Positions 39,811 through 48,720 are shown, counted from the stretch's first letter. The stretch is DNA of 64,000 nucleotides from an uncultured virus (IMG/VR IMGVR_UViG_3300025732_000031) (IMGVR_UViG_3300025732_000031), one strand, 5' to 3'. The notes: generated by a model not told the origin, from the letters alone. Translations and numbers: made by a program.

Positions 39811-40008
39811 CTATTGATGTTTTTGTCTTCCCATGCTATAGTTTTCTTGAATCCGTATTTCAGGATTCCTGAAAGTCCAACATTCTCCCGTTTGATCGAT
39901 GAAGACAACCCATTCTAGATGATGTTCCTGAGAACGATCTATTAAAAAATGTGCCCAGCCTTTTCCTTTTGGTGTGATTATGGGCAATGGAGGATTCAAT
40001 TGTATCAT
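39811..40008 (-). CDS. Small hypothetical protein
   Basis: 65-aa ORF QLNPPLP..TPKG.G.A..LID...W...GECWT..N..IR...N...GR, preceded by TATAAATA at 40019-40026. Confidence 0.65.
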   Translation of the reverse strand: MIQLNPPLPIITPKGKGWAHFLIDRSQEHHLEWVVFIDQTGECWTFRNPEIRIQENYSMGRQKHQ

Positions 40009-40018
40009 AAACTTATCT

Positions 40019-40026
40019 TATTTATA
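40019..40026 (-). promoter_or_regulatory. T4-type late promoter TATAAATA
   Basis: Exact consensus 10 nt upstream of the ATG at 40008. Confidence 0.6.
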
Positions 40027-40028
40027 AA

Positions 40029-40104
<76 letters not shown>

Positions 40105-40109
40105 ATTTA

Positions 40110-40142
40110 GTAATAATAAACAAGTTATCTATTTATGTACAC
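40110..40142 (-). promoter_or_regulatory. Early-type promoter GTGTACA-N17-TATTAT upstream of tRNA-Thr
   Basis: Minus strand gTGTACA taaatagataacttgtt TATTAT; the same architecture recurs at three other sites. Confidence 0.55.
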
Positions 40143-40582
40143 AATTTTTGATATAGCTTCTGACTTATCGCAGTGGCTTGTTTTTCCCATGGCAAATTAA
40201 TGTATTCATAATATGTTTGAGTATCTTCATATTCTTTCTTTTTCCACTTGATACTACCGTTTTGGCAATCCTTAAGTTCATTCAATAAGTATTGTTTGAC
40301 ATGAACTAGCTCATGAAGTAGTGTTTGCTTAAATGTTTTCTTTGAAACTTTATCATTCAGAACAATACTGAATCGTTTTGGTTTATGCATCTGATCTGTC
40401 CAAGAACATAAACCGTAAGCTTTTTCTTTACCAGTTTCTTCATTATCTATCTTTATACTAATATAGACTTTATTAAGTATTTTTTTTCTTTTTTTAAACA
40501 TAAATTCAAGAGCACGAGTTGATAAATCTCGTATTTCATTTTTTAATTCCTCATCTGAACACTTGTAAACTTTAATGTTCAT
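40133..40582 (-). CDS. Putative zinc metallopeptidase (HExxH)
   Basis: TLLHELVHVKQY...PWE..A motif. Confidence 0.7.
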   Translation of the reverse strand: MNIKVYKCSDEELKNEIRDLSTRALEFMFKKRKKILNKVYISIKIDNEETGKEKAYGLCSWTDQMHKPKRFSIVLNDKVSKKTFKQTLLHELVHVKQYLLNELKDCQNGSIKWKKKEYEDTQTYYEYINLPWEKQATAISQKLYQKLCT

Positions 40583-40589
40583 GAGTATT

Positions 40590-41273
40590 CTACCCTTGAT
40601 AAGTTTTAAATATCTTTCTTACTTTATCTCTATATGATGATGTAGATTTTATAAAATATTGAGGTCGATCTCCCTCAACTGCAATTAAAATTATGATCTT
40701 TGGAACTTCAATTTGTTTGAGCTCTTCGATCATCATGCAATAAGTCGTTGCTTGAAGAAAATAACTTTCAATATCTTCTTCATCTTTTTGGCGACTGGAT
40801 GTTTTGAAATCGAGTATGGCGTTTTTCCCACCTACTTGACAAAACAAATCAGTTCTTCCTGCCGTTTTCAGATCATGCGAATAAAGCGGTATCTCATTTC
40901 CATATACCAAATCAACCATATCTATATATTTTTGTATAGATTTAAACATCTCTATTGTTAGAGGCATTTGCTTCTCAGCAAATGATTCATCATTCAACAT
41001 GTATTTTTCACACATGCTATGAAGTCTTGTACCGCGAGTAGCTGCATGATTTGATATCTTATTGGCTTTTTCTTCTCCTACTTTTTTTCTCCACTCATAT
41101 AACCATCTTTTATCAGACGCGCTTCCAAGTACAGTCGTCACCGATGGGTATTTTTCTCCAGTAGGAGTAAGATAAAATCTTTTGTCGTTTTCTATAAAAG
41201 ATTCCAGCTCAAGGAATTCCATTTCCTCTCGCTGGAAAAATTTATTACGTAATGCCGCGCTTATGTTTTGCAA
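40590..41273 (-). CDS. PD-(D/E)xK exonuclease (T4-like exonuclease A / Cas4-like)
   Basis: YPSVTTVL, W...VGEE.AN, RGT..H...E, AGRTD, ILDFKTS, YFLQ...Y. Confidence 0.85.
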   Translation of the reverse strand: MQNISAALRNKFFQREEMEFLELESFIENDKRFYLTPTGEKYPSVTTVLGSASDKRWLYEWRKKVGEEKANKISNHAATRGTRLHSMCEKYMLNDESFAEKQMPLTIEMFKSIQKYIDMVDLVYGNEIPLYSHDLKTAGRTDLFCQVGGKNAILDFKTSSRQKDEEDIESYFLQATTYCMMIEELKQIEVPKIIILIAVEGDRPQYFIKSTSSYRDKVRKIFKTYQG

Positions 41274-42027
41274 TGATATATTCCTTCACTAAGCCTGATC
41301 TTACTATGTCTTCAATTTCAAATTCAACATGTGAGAATCCTTTCATATCATCAAGGATACTGATGAAAGATAAGAGTCCATTCTTTTCATTATAACCTAA
41401 GTCTGATTGTCTATAGTCACCGCACATCATCATTCTGCAATTGTCTCCGAGACGCGTAATAACAGAGTCCAGTTCATGAAAACTCATGTTATTAACTTCG
41501 TCGACAATGACTATAGTATCATAGAATGTATTACCACGAATAAATGAAGTAGTAGTGAAGTCAATTATTCGTTTAGTTTTAAGTAGCTCATATGCATCGC
41601 CTCTTCCAAACAAATCTGTGCAGATAGTTTGATAAGGCATTTCATAAACTTTTGTTTTGTCTTTTATGGATCCCGGTAAGAATCCAATGTCTCTAGTGGG
41701 GACTGCACTTCTAACAATGACTATGCTCTTATAACGACCGTCATTTTCGAGTATTTCTCTAAGAGCCAAATACAATGAGATGTAAGATTTTCCAGTTCCT
41801 GCTAATCCATGAAGCAGCAAATTATAACCAGAATTCCATGATTTAAATGCTTTTCTTTGATTGTCAGTAAGCGGATTTATTCTTTTAAGATGTAAATGGT
41901 TTCTTTGAATCTCTTCTTGTTTTATTTGTTGTTTGTTTCTTTTTTTATTTAATTTTCTCTCAAAACGTATTAATTGTGCTTCGTCTGTGTGCCCGTTTAA
42001 TATCTTTGAGTTTGTCTCTAAAAGCAT
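41245..42027 (-). CDS. phoH: PhoH-like ATPase
   Basis: G.AGTGKS Walker A, RSAVPTRDIGFLPG, SFIRG.T, IVDE, GDYRQSDL, DIVRSGLVK; exact start uncertain. Confidence 0.92.
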   Translation of the reverse strand: MLLETNSKILNGHTDEAQLIRFERKLNKKRNKQQIKQEEIQRNHLHLKRINPLTDNQRKAFKSWNSGYNLLLHGLAGTGKSYISLYLALREILENDGRYKSIVIVRSAVPTRDIGFLPGSIKDKTKVYEMPYQTICTDLFGRGDAYELLKTKRIIDFTTTSFIRGNTFYDTIVIVDEVNNMSFHELDSVITRLGDNCRMMMCGDYRQSDLGYNEKNGLLSFISILDDMKGFSHVEFEIEDIVRSGLVKEYIIAKHKRGIT

Positions 42028-42199
42028 CGTCCGGTTTCCTTAATCCAATTCTTATCGGATCTACCACTCCAATAGAACTGGTATGTATTTGTTGAACATC
42101 TGGATTTTGCTCAAGGTATTCATCTTTTAATGCTATTGATTTAAAGAATATGTCGAATACCTCCTGAGTTTCTTTGTGTTGAAAAGAATATGTTGGCAT
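41960..42199 (-). CDS. Small FmdB-like protein (Cys-less)
   Basis: MPTYSF...T.E.F....I...DEYL..NP...Q, KPDDAFRD.L..IK; typical neighbour of phoH in T4-like phages. Confidence 0.6.
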   Translation of the reverse strand: MPTYSFQHKETQEVFDIFFKSIALKDEYLEQNPDVQQIHTSSIGVVDPIRIGLRKPDDAFRDKLKDIKRAHRRSTINTF

Positions 42200-42200
42200 G

Positions 42201-42368
42201 TTATTCTTCCTCAGAATACTTAATAAGATCCAAAAGATTTTTAGATCTCAAAGCATTATGAATAAACTTTTCTGTACGATTCTTGTTGATTTTCTGAGCA
42301 TGCCTTGGCTTCTTATCTAGAAAATCATATTCTTTATTTTGACGCTGCTCTTTATACGACTTACTCAT
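42201..42368 (-). CDS. Small basic hypothetical protein (55 aa, not in ORF track)
   Basis: Hand translation MSKSYKEQRQNKEYDFLDKKPRHAQKINKNRTEKFIHNALRSKNLLDLIKYSEEE; RBS GAGGA; fills the intergenic gap. Confidence 0.65.
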   Translation of the reverse strand: MSKSYKEQRQNKEYDFLDKKPRHAQKINKNRTEKFIHNALRSKNLLDLIKYSEEE

Positions 42369-42378
42369 TGTTTCCTCT

Positions 42379-42795
42379 TCAAATTTCCAAATCAGGGAAA
42401 GCTTGACGAACTATAGTTTTATTTATTCCGCTAAATGCACTTTTTTTATCTTTGATTGCCAAAAGTAGTTTAGCATCACTTGGATCTATTGATTCTAATA
42501 GCTGAATAAACAAAGTTTCTCGTCTTAAATTTGTTAAGTTAGGATTTCCTCCCTCAACAAACAAATACAGTTTTCTTAGTTCGGATAGAAATCTTCCTTC
42601 AATGTCCAAGAATTCACACGGCTTGTAAGGCGGATCACCTTCTGGTAGAAGCCATTTGATGGAAGAATCATATGTATATTTGAAAATAGTTTTAAACGCA
42701 TCAGCATATCTATTAGTTGATAGTGCTTGTGCTTTTTCTTTATTGGAACCGAGTTCTGATATTTCTTTCAAAATATTGTATAAACATTTATTCAT
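42379..42795 (-). CDS. Conserved T4-like hypothetical protein
   Basis: W.LPEG.PPYKP, LY.FV.GGN..L...RRE.LFIQLLE.I...DA.LL...KDK; downstream of RNase H. Confidence 0.7.
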   Translation of the reverse strand: MNKCLYNILKEISELGSNKEKAQALSTNRYADAFKTIFKYTYDSSIKWLLPEGDPPYKPCEFLDIEGRFLSELRKLYLFVEGGNPNLTNLRRETLFIQLLESIDPSDAKLLLAIKDKKSAFSGINKTIVRQAFPDLEI

Positions 42796-42803
42796 CTAAA
42801 ACC

Positions 42804-43679
42804 TCAAAAATCATTAATAGATTCCATCAAAACTTTTAACTTATTCTTGATGAAGTAATTGAAAAGTTTTGATTTGTCTTTTCCAGATTGTGATTCAAAC
42901 TCTTGCATGATCTTGTCTTTGATGTATTGTGGTGTCATTGACAGATCTATCAAAACTTCATTCCGTTTATAGTTACGAAGCATTTCTTCATTGCAAAATT
43001 CTTCTGGTTTCTTTTTTACCCATTCAGCCAAATTCTTTTTAGTTACTGGTCTTTGCCTAATTGAATCCACAAAACTATTATCTGGTGATAGAAAATTGGG
43101 AATACCATCACCAACATCGCCCTTCATTATATGTTCTTTCATGAACATTTTTGGATTATCACTAGATATATACTTCTTATTTATTGGATCAAACTGCTTA
43201 ACCAGAACAGAACTATTATATGACTGTAACTGGATGAAATCTTTATCTCCAGATAGAATCAAGATATGTTCTTTTTTGGGCAGAATTCGATCTGAAAATT
43301 CACAAACAATAGTTCCAATAATATCATCAGCTTCAGCATGATCAAGATGAATGACACGATAAGGAAATATTTCTTTCAATTCATCACGGACAGCATTTAA
43401 GTTTGTGAAAATTAAGCCCCAGTCGATATCAGATGTTTCTCGACTTTTCTTACGATTCGCTTTATAGTGTGGAAAAACATCTTTCCTCCAGCTACGTTTT
43501 CCATCTGTTGCAATAATCAGTTCGCCATACTCAGAGCCAAACTTTTTATATAAGGATCTAATAGTATTTAGAGTGGTTGAACGAAACAAATCAAGTTCAA
43601 TTGGTGTTTTACCTAAATGCTTACCATAAAGTGCCATGATGTTGGCTATCATAACTTGATTCAAATCAAGGATAATCAT
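42804..43679 (-). CDS. rnh: RNase H / 5'-3' exonuclease (T4 rnh)
   Basis: WRKDVFPHYKANRKK, EADDII, ILSGDKDFIQLQ, GDVGDGIPN.LS. Confidence 0.92.
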   Translation of the reverse strand: MIILDLNQVMIANIMALYGKHLGKTPIELDLFRSTTLNTIRSLYKKFGSEYGELIIATDGKRSWRKDVFPHYKANRKKSRETSDIDWGLIFTNLNAVRDELKEIFPYRVIHLDHAEADDIIGTIVCEFSDRILPKKEHILILSGDKDFIQLQSYNSSVLVKQFDPINKKYISSDNPKMFMKEHIMKGDVGDGIPNFLSPDNSFVDSIRQRPVTKKNLAEWVKKKPEEFCNEEMLRNYKRNEVLIDLSMTPQYIKDKIMQEFESQSGKDKSKLFNYFIKNKLKVLMESINDF

Positions 43680-43693
43680 TATATTCTCCGCTG

Positions 43694-44026
43694 TTAATCT
43701 TCTAACATTTCTTCATCGATAAAGGTCAATTGTTTGTCTATCATTTCTTGAATAGGATATTCAATTTCATCATATCTCAACAGAATTGATTTAATAGTGG
43801 TCATTAAGAATGCGATGTCTTTTGTATGATTGATGTGATAGCCGTTGTCTATCATGATTCTAACATTTTCTTTTGTTATCTCTTCTGCTAAGACGTCAGC
43901 AATTTCCATTCTAGATAATCTAATTTTATTTTTAAGCTCTTCAACTGTCTGAGGAGGTGTATCATGTTTAACTTTAGGAAAAACTACAACGTTATTTTTG
44001 GTTTTTCCTTCTTTTTGTTTTGGCAT
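43694..44026 (-). CDS. Hypothetical protein
   Basis: 110-aa ORF with RBS AGGAG; NNVVVFP start motif. Confidence 0.6.
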   Translation of the reverse strand: MPKQKEGKTKNNVVVFPKVKHDTPPQTVEELKNKIRLSRMEIADVLAEEITKENVRIMIDNGYHINHTKDIAFLMTTIKSILLRYDEIEYPIQEMIDKQLTFIDEEMLED

Positions 44027-44034
44027 GAAAACTC

Positions 44035-45150
44035 CTATCTTAGTGATCTTAGTAAGATTGTATCATCATTAATTCGTCCATTCACATCAATTGGTTTTGT
44101 TTTTAATTCAGACATCAATTTCTTTAATACTATCTTTCCTCCATCTAAAACTCTTGGAATGATTTCTTCTGGTTTACGGACTTTCTTTTTGATCGATAAG
44201 TCTGGATCAAAATTTTGAATTGTAGTCCCTTTGATCGTGAAACCAGAAGGTCCTAATGCATTAAACATAGTTAGTTGATTTAATTTTGTATTAAAGACCC
44301 AAAGCTGTTGAGCACCAATTACATTCTGTGGATCAATTGATTTGATCTTTAATTTATTAAATTCTTTCTGATACTTTAAGCTATTTATTTGTCTTTCAAC
44401 TGAGATTGGTTTCTTCTTTTTTGGTTTTCTTGGCTTAGAAACTTTAATATTACCTATATATCTTTCAATGTCTGAGATTAAATTCGACAAGCCTTCGTAT
44501 ATTTGTTTCTTACGTTGCTTGGTTAGATATGCATATCCTTCATTGAGACATTCATCATTACCTTCTAACATTTCTTCAAATTCGTCATGATAACTACGTT
44601 TAATCATTGAAAGAATATGGTTACATACTTGTGAATTAAGCTGCTCTTTTTGTGCATAGTCGTACAAAGAAAAATTAATCTTACTCGTTTTATCAAAGTA
44701 CCAATCGTCTATGATTTCTTCAAGAACAATCATATGCTTTTCAGCAATTGATTTAATCCTATCTTGAATCGATATCACATTTTCTGGTAATTTTGGTTCT
44801 TCTTTAAATTTAACTCGAACGTTGGAAAGCAACAATAATCTTTCTTCTACTATGTTTAGTAGTTCACCAGAAAACGTAGTACCATTGTTTGTCAATCTGC
44901 AAAGAGAAGATGTAGTTTTTTTGAAAGCATCATAAGATAAAGATGTAACATGATTGATTTGATCTTTGCTATAATTATTTTTTTTCATATAGTCAGACAA
45001 CCACTTATCACAATCTTTATCATCCGACATATAAGAATACCAATTCAAGGCAGAAATAAGATCACCATCAGTCTTTGATGATACATCTTTCTTGATGATT
45101 GGTTCTAATCCTATAAGCTTTTGAGCTATGATTTTTTCATCTGTTTTCAT
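44035..45150 (-). CDS. Conserved T4-like hypothetical protein
   Basis: ALNWY.Y, L.EGY..L, SIDP...IGA..LWVFNTK, KGTTI..FD, RKPE, NGRIN..TILL. Confidence 0.7.
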   Translation of the reverse strand: MKTDEKIIAQKLIGLEPIIKKDVSSKTDGDLISALNWYSYMSDDKDCDKWLSDYMKKNNYSKDQINHVTSLSYDAFKKTTSSLCRLTNNGTTFSGELLNIVEERLLLLSNVRVKFKEEPKLPENVISIQDRIKSIAEKHMIVLEEIIDDWYFDKTSKINFSLYDYAQKEQLNSQVCNHILSMIKRSYHDEFEEMLEGNDECLNEGYAYLTKQRKKQIYEGLSNLISDIERYIGNIKVSKPRKPKKKKPISVERQINSLKYQKEFNKLKIKSIDPQNVIGAQQLWVFNTKLNQLTMFNALGPSGFTIKGTTIQNFDPDLSIKKKVRKPEEIIPRVLDGGKIVLKKLMSELKTKPIDVNGRINDDTILLRSLR

Positions 45151-46091
45151 TAGATCAATTTCTTCTTTTTAAGAATAGAAGTTAAAAGGGTTTCCCATTC
45201 ACTGGTGCGTCGATCCCAGCTATAAACAGCATCAACATACGATTTAGTTGTTTCAAGAGAGCGAACTAAATTTTCATTTTGTATATTTGAAATAGCTCTG
45301 TCTAATTCATTATAGAGAGAAACAATGTGATCCCTTGTATCTTCTTGATACTGATACATCCATGTCAAATTAGCACTAGTTTCATATAACGCACCATAAT
45401 TTGGATGTACACAAAGACACCCGGCACTCATTGCTTCAATCAATGCAATACATGAAGTTTCTAGCCATATTGATGGATAAGCAAAGATATGGGCTTCTTG
45501 CAAAGCGTTTCTAACAACATCGTTTGGCTGGTAACCATGATAGTTAATTTTAGGATGTTCTTTACACATATCAAATAGCGCTTGATATGGTTCATCCCTG
45601 TGTTCCCAACCATATATCTTAAAGCTAGAAAACACATCCAATTCTATATTATTATATTTCTCTGCTAATTTTATGAACACTGGTACGAGTAATTGTAAGC
45701 CACGATGGGGTGTAGTATGATAAATCAACTTGATCTTATCATACTTCTTTTCATGCATAGGAAAAGGTTCAATAGCGTTTTGCATCACAAGACACTTGTA
45801 CCAAGGAATCTTATAATGATTGATGTAAGCTTGCATTTGCCAATTGGACACGAACACAAGTTTTTCAAACTTTGTATATCCTCCTGCTTTCAGGTGCTCT
45901 GACTCAGGATCACCGGGCAAATCATGAAGCCAGTAAATGGGAATAAGATTAGAATCAATGTCTCTAACACGAGAACAAATGATTTGAAACTTATCTAGAA
46001 TTTCTGGATTAAGTTTTTCGCCAAGAGTGAACTTCATACGCTCAGTACCACCCATTGCGTTTTTAGATACTTCGTCTGTTGCAATTGGCAT
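45150..46091 (-). CDS. Glycosyltransferase (GT-B fold, GT4-like)
   Basis: GGTE, W.HD, FVSNWQ, NAI, Y.TTP.RGL, YPS.W.ETSCIALIEAMSAG (E-x7-E); likely start MPIATD at 46091, downstream of the terminator. Confidence 0.85.
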   Translation of the reverse strand: MPIATDEVSKNAMGGTERMKFTLGEKLNPEILDKFQIICSRVRDIDSNLIPIYWLHDLPGDPESEHLKAGGYTKFEKLVFVSNWQMQAYINHYKIPWYKCLVMQNAIEPFPMHEKKYDKIKLIYHTTPHRGLQLLVPVFIKLAEKYNNIELDVFSSFKIYGWEHRDEPYQALFDMCKEHPKINYHGYQPNDVVRNALQEAHIFAYPSIWLETSCIALIEAMSAGCLCVHPNYGALYETSANLTWMYQYQEDTRDHIVSLYNELDRAISNIQNENLVRSLETTKSYVDAVYSWDRRTSEWETLLTSILKKKKLI

Positions 46092-46103
46092 ATTTTTTTT
46101 CCT

Positions 46104-46135
46104 TAAAGAAAAGAGGGGCCGAAGCCCCTCTTCTA
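46104..46135 (-). terminator. Rho-independent terminator with UUCG tetraloop
   Basis: Minus strand AAGAGGGGC-TTCG-GCCCCTCTT followed by TTCTTT, right after the 46141 stop. Confidence 0.85.
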
Positions 46136-46140
46136 TCACT

Positions 46141-46383
46141 TTAGACGTGATTTGCTAGTGCTCGATAACCTGCTGCTACTACTTCACGAGTAGGTGCACC
46201 CATCTTGAAATAAGATTCCTTAGTCTTTCGACGATTGAAATAGATGGAATAACCTTCCTGGCGAAGAGCAGTAATAGCTGCCGTTGGGTTCTTTAGTCCA
46301 AAGCGCGCAGCAATCTGACGGCTGGTCAAACGAGCACCATTCTCAAACGCGTTGAGAAGCTTTTCAGTCTTAGTCATAAACAT
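46141..46383 (-). CDS. Small winged-HTH DNA-binding protein
   Basis: LT.RQIAARFGLKNPTA.I..LR.EGY.IY.N; RBS GGAGA before the ATG at 46383; has its own promoter and terminator. Confidence 0.65.
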   Translation of the reverse strand: MFMTKTEKLLNAFENGARLTSRQIAARFGLKNPTAAITALRQEGYSIYFNRRKTKESYFKMGAPTREVVAAGYRALANHV

Positions 46384-46431
46384 AATCTCCAAACAATAAA
46401 AATCTAGTGTTGGTCACTAGCACCCATCAAA

Positions 46432-46470
46432 TACACTATAATAGTAATTTATAGTGTAAAATAAGTACAC
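46432..46470 (-). promoter_or_regulatory. Early-type promoter GTGTACT-N17-TACTAT with 10-bp inverted repeat over the -10
   Basis: TACACTATAA (46432-41) / TTATAGTGTA (46449-58). Confidence 0.6.
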
Positions 46471-46877
46471 TACATTCGACGATTGCGTGTTCCAATAGTT
46501 TTTACGTCAATATCGTCAGTAATGTATTGATATCCGCCTTTGTTATACATCTGAGCAATTCTCTTGCTCTTAGCAAGAATAGCTTCACGAACATGTTCCG
46601 GTTCACGATTAAGGTTGATTGGATCCATAATCGATGTACGTCCACATACATTTGTTTCAGTAGATTCTATCGACTTAATATGTTTAGTAGTTCTGTAATC
46701 GGATACACTCGGCTTATATTCTTGAAAACCACGAGTATACGTCTTAGCTTTAAGAGACGTAACGTGTGACATCTTATTTTTAGATCGCCATTCATTATAT
46801 TCTATAAGCTTAGCTTTCTGTTCTTTGGTCATTTTTGATTTCTTACGAGAACTGTTTTCAAAAATTCTAATCATCAT
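46470..46877 (-). CDS. Hypothetical basic protein
   Basis: C-terminal A..YNKG.YQYI motif; ATGA-type coupling to the upstream gene. Confidence 0.6.
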   Translation of the reverse strand: MMIRIFENSSRKKSKMTKEQKAKLIEYNEWRSKNKMSHVTSLKAKTYTRGFQEYKPSVSDYRTTKHIKSIESTETNVCGRTSIMDPINLNREPEHVREAILAKSKRIAQMYNKGGYQYITDDIDVKTIGTRNRRM

Positions 46878-47587
46878 GAAACTTTCCTTAGATAGTCAAA
46901 CGTTTCTTTCCAATTCTTCACCGTTTGAACATTATATCTTTTATTTTTATTATTGTACATAGCTTGTGCTAAAGGTTTATCATTTCCTATTGAATGCGTT
47001 TCATTGGCTATGAAGTTGATGGACTGATATTCATCAAAATATTTAAGGATCTGTGATTTATCTTTTCCTTTTTCACAAATATCAACACTTGTTTCACCTG
47101 CGGTACAAGCAATCAATGATGGGAATGCTTCATTAATCTTCTCTACGATCTTTCTTCTTTCTTTAGAATTCTTATCCCAAGCGATATATCTCTGTCTATC
47201 TTCTTTAGAAGCGTTCTTTCCAACGATAGAAAAACTTATAAGACCGGTTCTGTATTCAAGATTGGGTCCTGATCTAATCTTAAACTCACTTTCTTTCAAA
47301 CAATCTGTGAGCATATTCATCAATTCAGACGTAGGTCTCCAATTGCTCGTTATAGCTTCTTTTCCATTCATCCAAATAGAACAACCTCCAGATGTGAACA
47401 ATGCTTTGCACCCAGAAAGTAATCTATTCCCAAGCCTTGGAAGAATGTTTTGATACGTATTGTTGGTACAGATATAAACGTCTCTCTTAGGAATCCAGCT
47501 TTCAAGCCAATGCATAAAATGAGAATCTATAGGTTCGTTCGGAGGAGCCAAAGTACCATCTACATCAAAAATATATGTGTTTTTCAT
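46874..47587 (-). CDS. Phosphomannomutase, HAD-IIB (eukaryotic-type PMM)
   Basis: FDVDGTL, E.R.G...FSIVG.NA...R..Y..WD....ER, GETSVDI...G.DKSQIL, GND. Confidence 0.8.
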   Translation of the reverse strand: MKNTYIFDVDGTLAPPNEPIDSHFMHWLESWIPKRDVYICTNNTYQNILPRLGNRLLSGCKALFTSGGCSIWMNGKEAITSNWRPTSELMNMLTDCLKESEFKIRSGPNLEYRTGLISFSIVGKNASKEDRQRYIAWDKNSKERRKIVEKINEAFPSLIACTAGETSVDICEKGKDKSQILKYFDEYQSINFIANETHSIGNDKPLAQAMYNNKNKRYNVQTVKNWKETFDYLRKVS

Positions 47588-47775
47588 TTTAGATCATCGT
47601 AATAAAGTAACTGTAAATATTGTCCATCAATAACATATCCTGATGCTTTAAGAAAGAGAGTAAATGATTCTAGAATATGATCTAAATCTGAATGAGAAGG
47701 AACACTCACCTCAACATCACATTCTTCTTGGACAACAAGAACACCAACAGGATCTTTAATAATAAATTTTTTCAT
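47584..47775 (-). CDS. Hypothetical protein
   Basis: L...F..FL.A.GY motif; coupled to its neighbours; likely start MKKF. Confidence 0.55.
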   Translation of the reverse strand: MKKFIIKDPVGVLVVQEECDVEVSVPSHSDLDHILESFTLFLKASGYVIDGQYLQLLYYDDLK

Positions 47776-47777
47776 AT

Positions 47778-48272
47778 TTAATCCCACAAACTTTTATAAT
47801 ATTTACCAAATAAATCAAAACCTTCTTGCATTCGCTCACTATGTTTTCTAGCACCTTCAGAATCATAAACATATGTATGATTTGGACCATGTTTCATTTC
47901 AATAAGATCAGTGTTTGCAATTTTTTCCCAAGTGAAATCTGATTCACCCGATTCGTATTGTTTTTCCCAATCAACATTGGCCTGTTCAAATGCCCAGATC
48001 ATTTTGTCCATTATTTCTTCCCATTGCTTATGTCCTTCTTCCCAGGCATCATCATCTCCTTCTTTATAGAAGTCAAAACAAAATTGTGTAGAATATGTTG
48101 AGATTTGTGCGTGTGCAGGCATGAAATGAGAGCCACGTTTAGATTCTTTTAACTGCTTGAGCATAGGAAGAATAATATAGGCTAGAGTGCTGTCCATATT
48201 CCACGTGTCATGAGGATCGATGCGAACATCAATCTTTCTGTTTTTTCTGTAAGGACCAATATTAACTTTCAT
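47778..48272 (-). CDS. Conserved phage hypothetical protein
   Basis: RID..DTW.MD.TLA.IILPMLKQLK, W..IMD.MIWAF, GF.LFGKYY..LWD. Confidence 0.7.
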   Translation of the reverse strand: MKVNIGPYRKNRKIDVRIDPHDTWNMDSTLAYIILPMLKQLKESKRGSHFMPAHAQISTYSTQFCFDFYKEGDDDAWEEGHKQWEEIMDKMIWAFEQANVDWEKQYESGESDFTWEKIANTDLIEMKHGPNHTYVYDSEGARKHSERMQEGFDLFGKYYKSLWD

Positions 48273-48290
48273 ACTTATACCTATATTAAT

Positions 48291-48366
48291 TGGTGGACCG
48301 TATAGGGGTCGAACCTATGACCAATGGATTAAAAGTCCACTGCTCTACCAACTGAGCTAACGGTCC
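48291..48366 (-). tRNA. tRNA-Lys(UUU)
   Basis: GGACCGTTAGCTCAGTTGGTAGAGCAGTGGACT-TTT-AATCCATTGGTCATAGGTTCGACCCCTATACGGTCCACCA. Confidence 0.92.
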
Positions 48367-48374
48367 ATTATTCA

Positions 48375-48448
48375 TGGCAGGGATATAAGGACTCGAACCT
48401 CAACTAACAGAGTCAAAGTCTGCTGTGCTGCCATTACACCATATCCCT
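48375..48448 (-). tRNA. tRNA-Gln(UUG)
   Basis: AGGGATATGGTGTAATGGCAGCACAGCAGACT-TTG-ACTCTGTTAGTTGAGGTTCGAGTCCTTATATCCCTGCCA. Confidence 0.9.
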
Positions 48449-48452
48449 AAAT

Positions 48453-48529
48453 TGGTGGGCCCTGAGGGACTTGAACCCCCAACCAAGTGATTATGAGTCA
48501 CCTGCTCTGACCAATTGAGCTAAAGGCCC
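48453..48529 (-). tRNA. tRNA with CAU anticodon, Ile2-type body (lysidine-dependent AUA reader; Met not excluded)
   Basis: GGGCCTTTAGCTCAATTGGTCAGAGCAGGTGACT-CAT-AATCACTTGG...GGGCCCACCA resembles enterobacterial ileX-type tRNA. Confidence 0.8.
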
Positions 48530-48538
48530 TATTACATT

Positions 48539-48614
48539 TGGTGCTCCAGGATGGAATTGAACCACCGACCGGACGGATATAAGCCGTCTGCTCTCACCCC
48601 TGAGCTACTGGAGC
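48539..48614 (-). tRNA. tRNA-Ile(UAU)
   Basis: GCTCCAGTAGCTCAGGGGTGAGAGCAGACGG-CT-TAT-AT-CCGTCCGGTCGGTGGTTCAATTCCATCCTGGAGCACCA; paired acceptor and anticodon stems, A73. Confidence 0.85.
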
Positions 48615-48629
48615 GTTATTCATCAAATT

Positions 48630-48714
48630 TGGTACCTCGAGCCGGACTCGAACCGGCACGCAATTAAGCGAGGGATTTTAAGTCCCTTGTGTCTACCTAT
48701 TCCACCACCGAGGC
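48630..48714 (-). tRNA. tRNA-Leu(UAA)
   Basis: GCCTCGGTGGTGGAATAGGTAGACACAAGGGACT-TAA-AATCCCT plus long variable arm, ending GAGGTACCA. Confidence 0.92.
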
Positions 48715-48720
48715 ATTGTT

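Noticed and set aside
40590..41273. Cas4-like nuclease as part of a CRISPR system
   Set aside because: It lacks the Cys cluster of Cas4, has no array or cas neighbours, and is a common T4-like exonuclease next to phoH.
46092..46139. N-terminal extension of the glycosyltransferase given in the ORF track
   Set aside because: It runs through the terminator hairpin; the ATG at 46091 with AAGGA upstream is the more plausible start.
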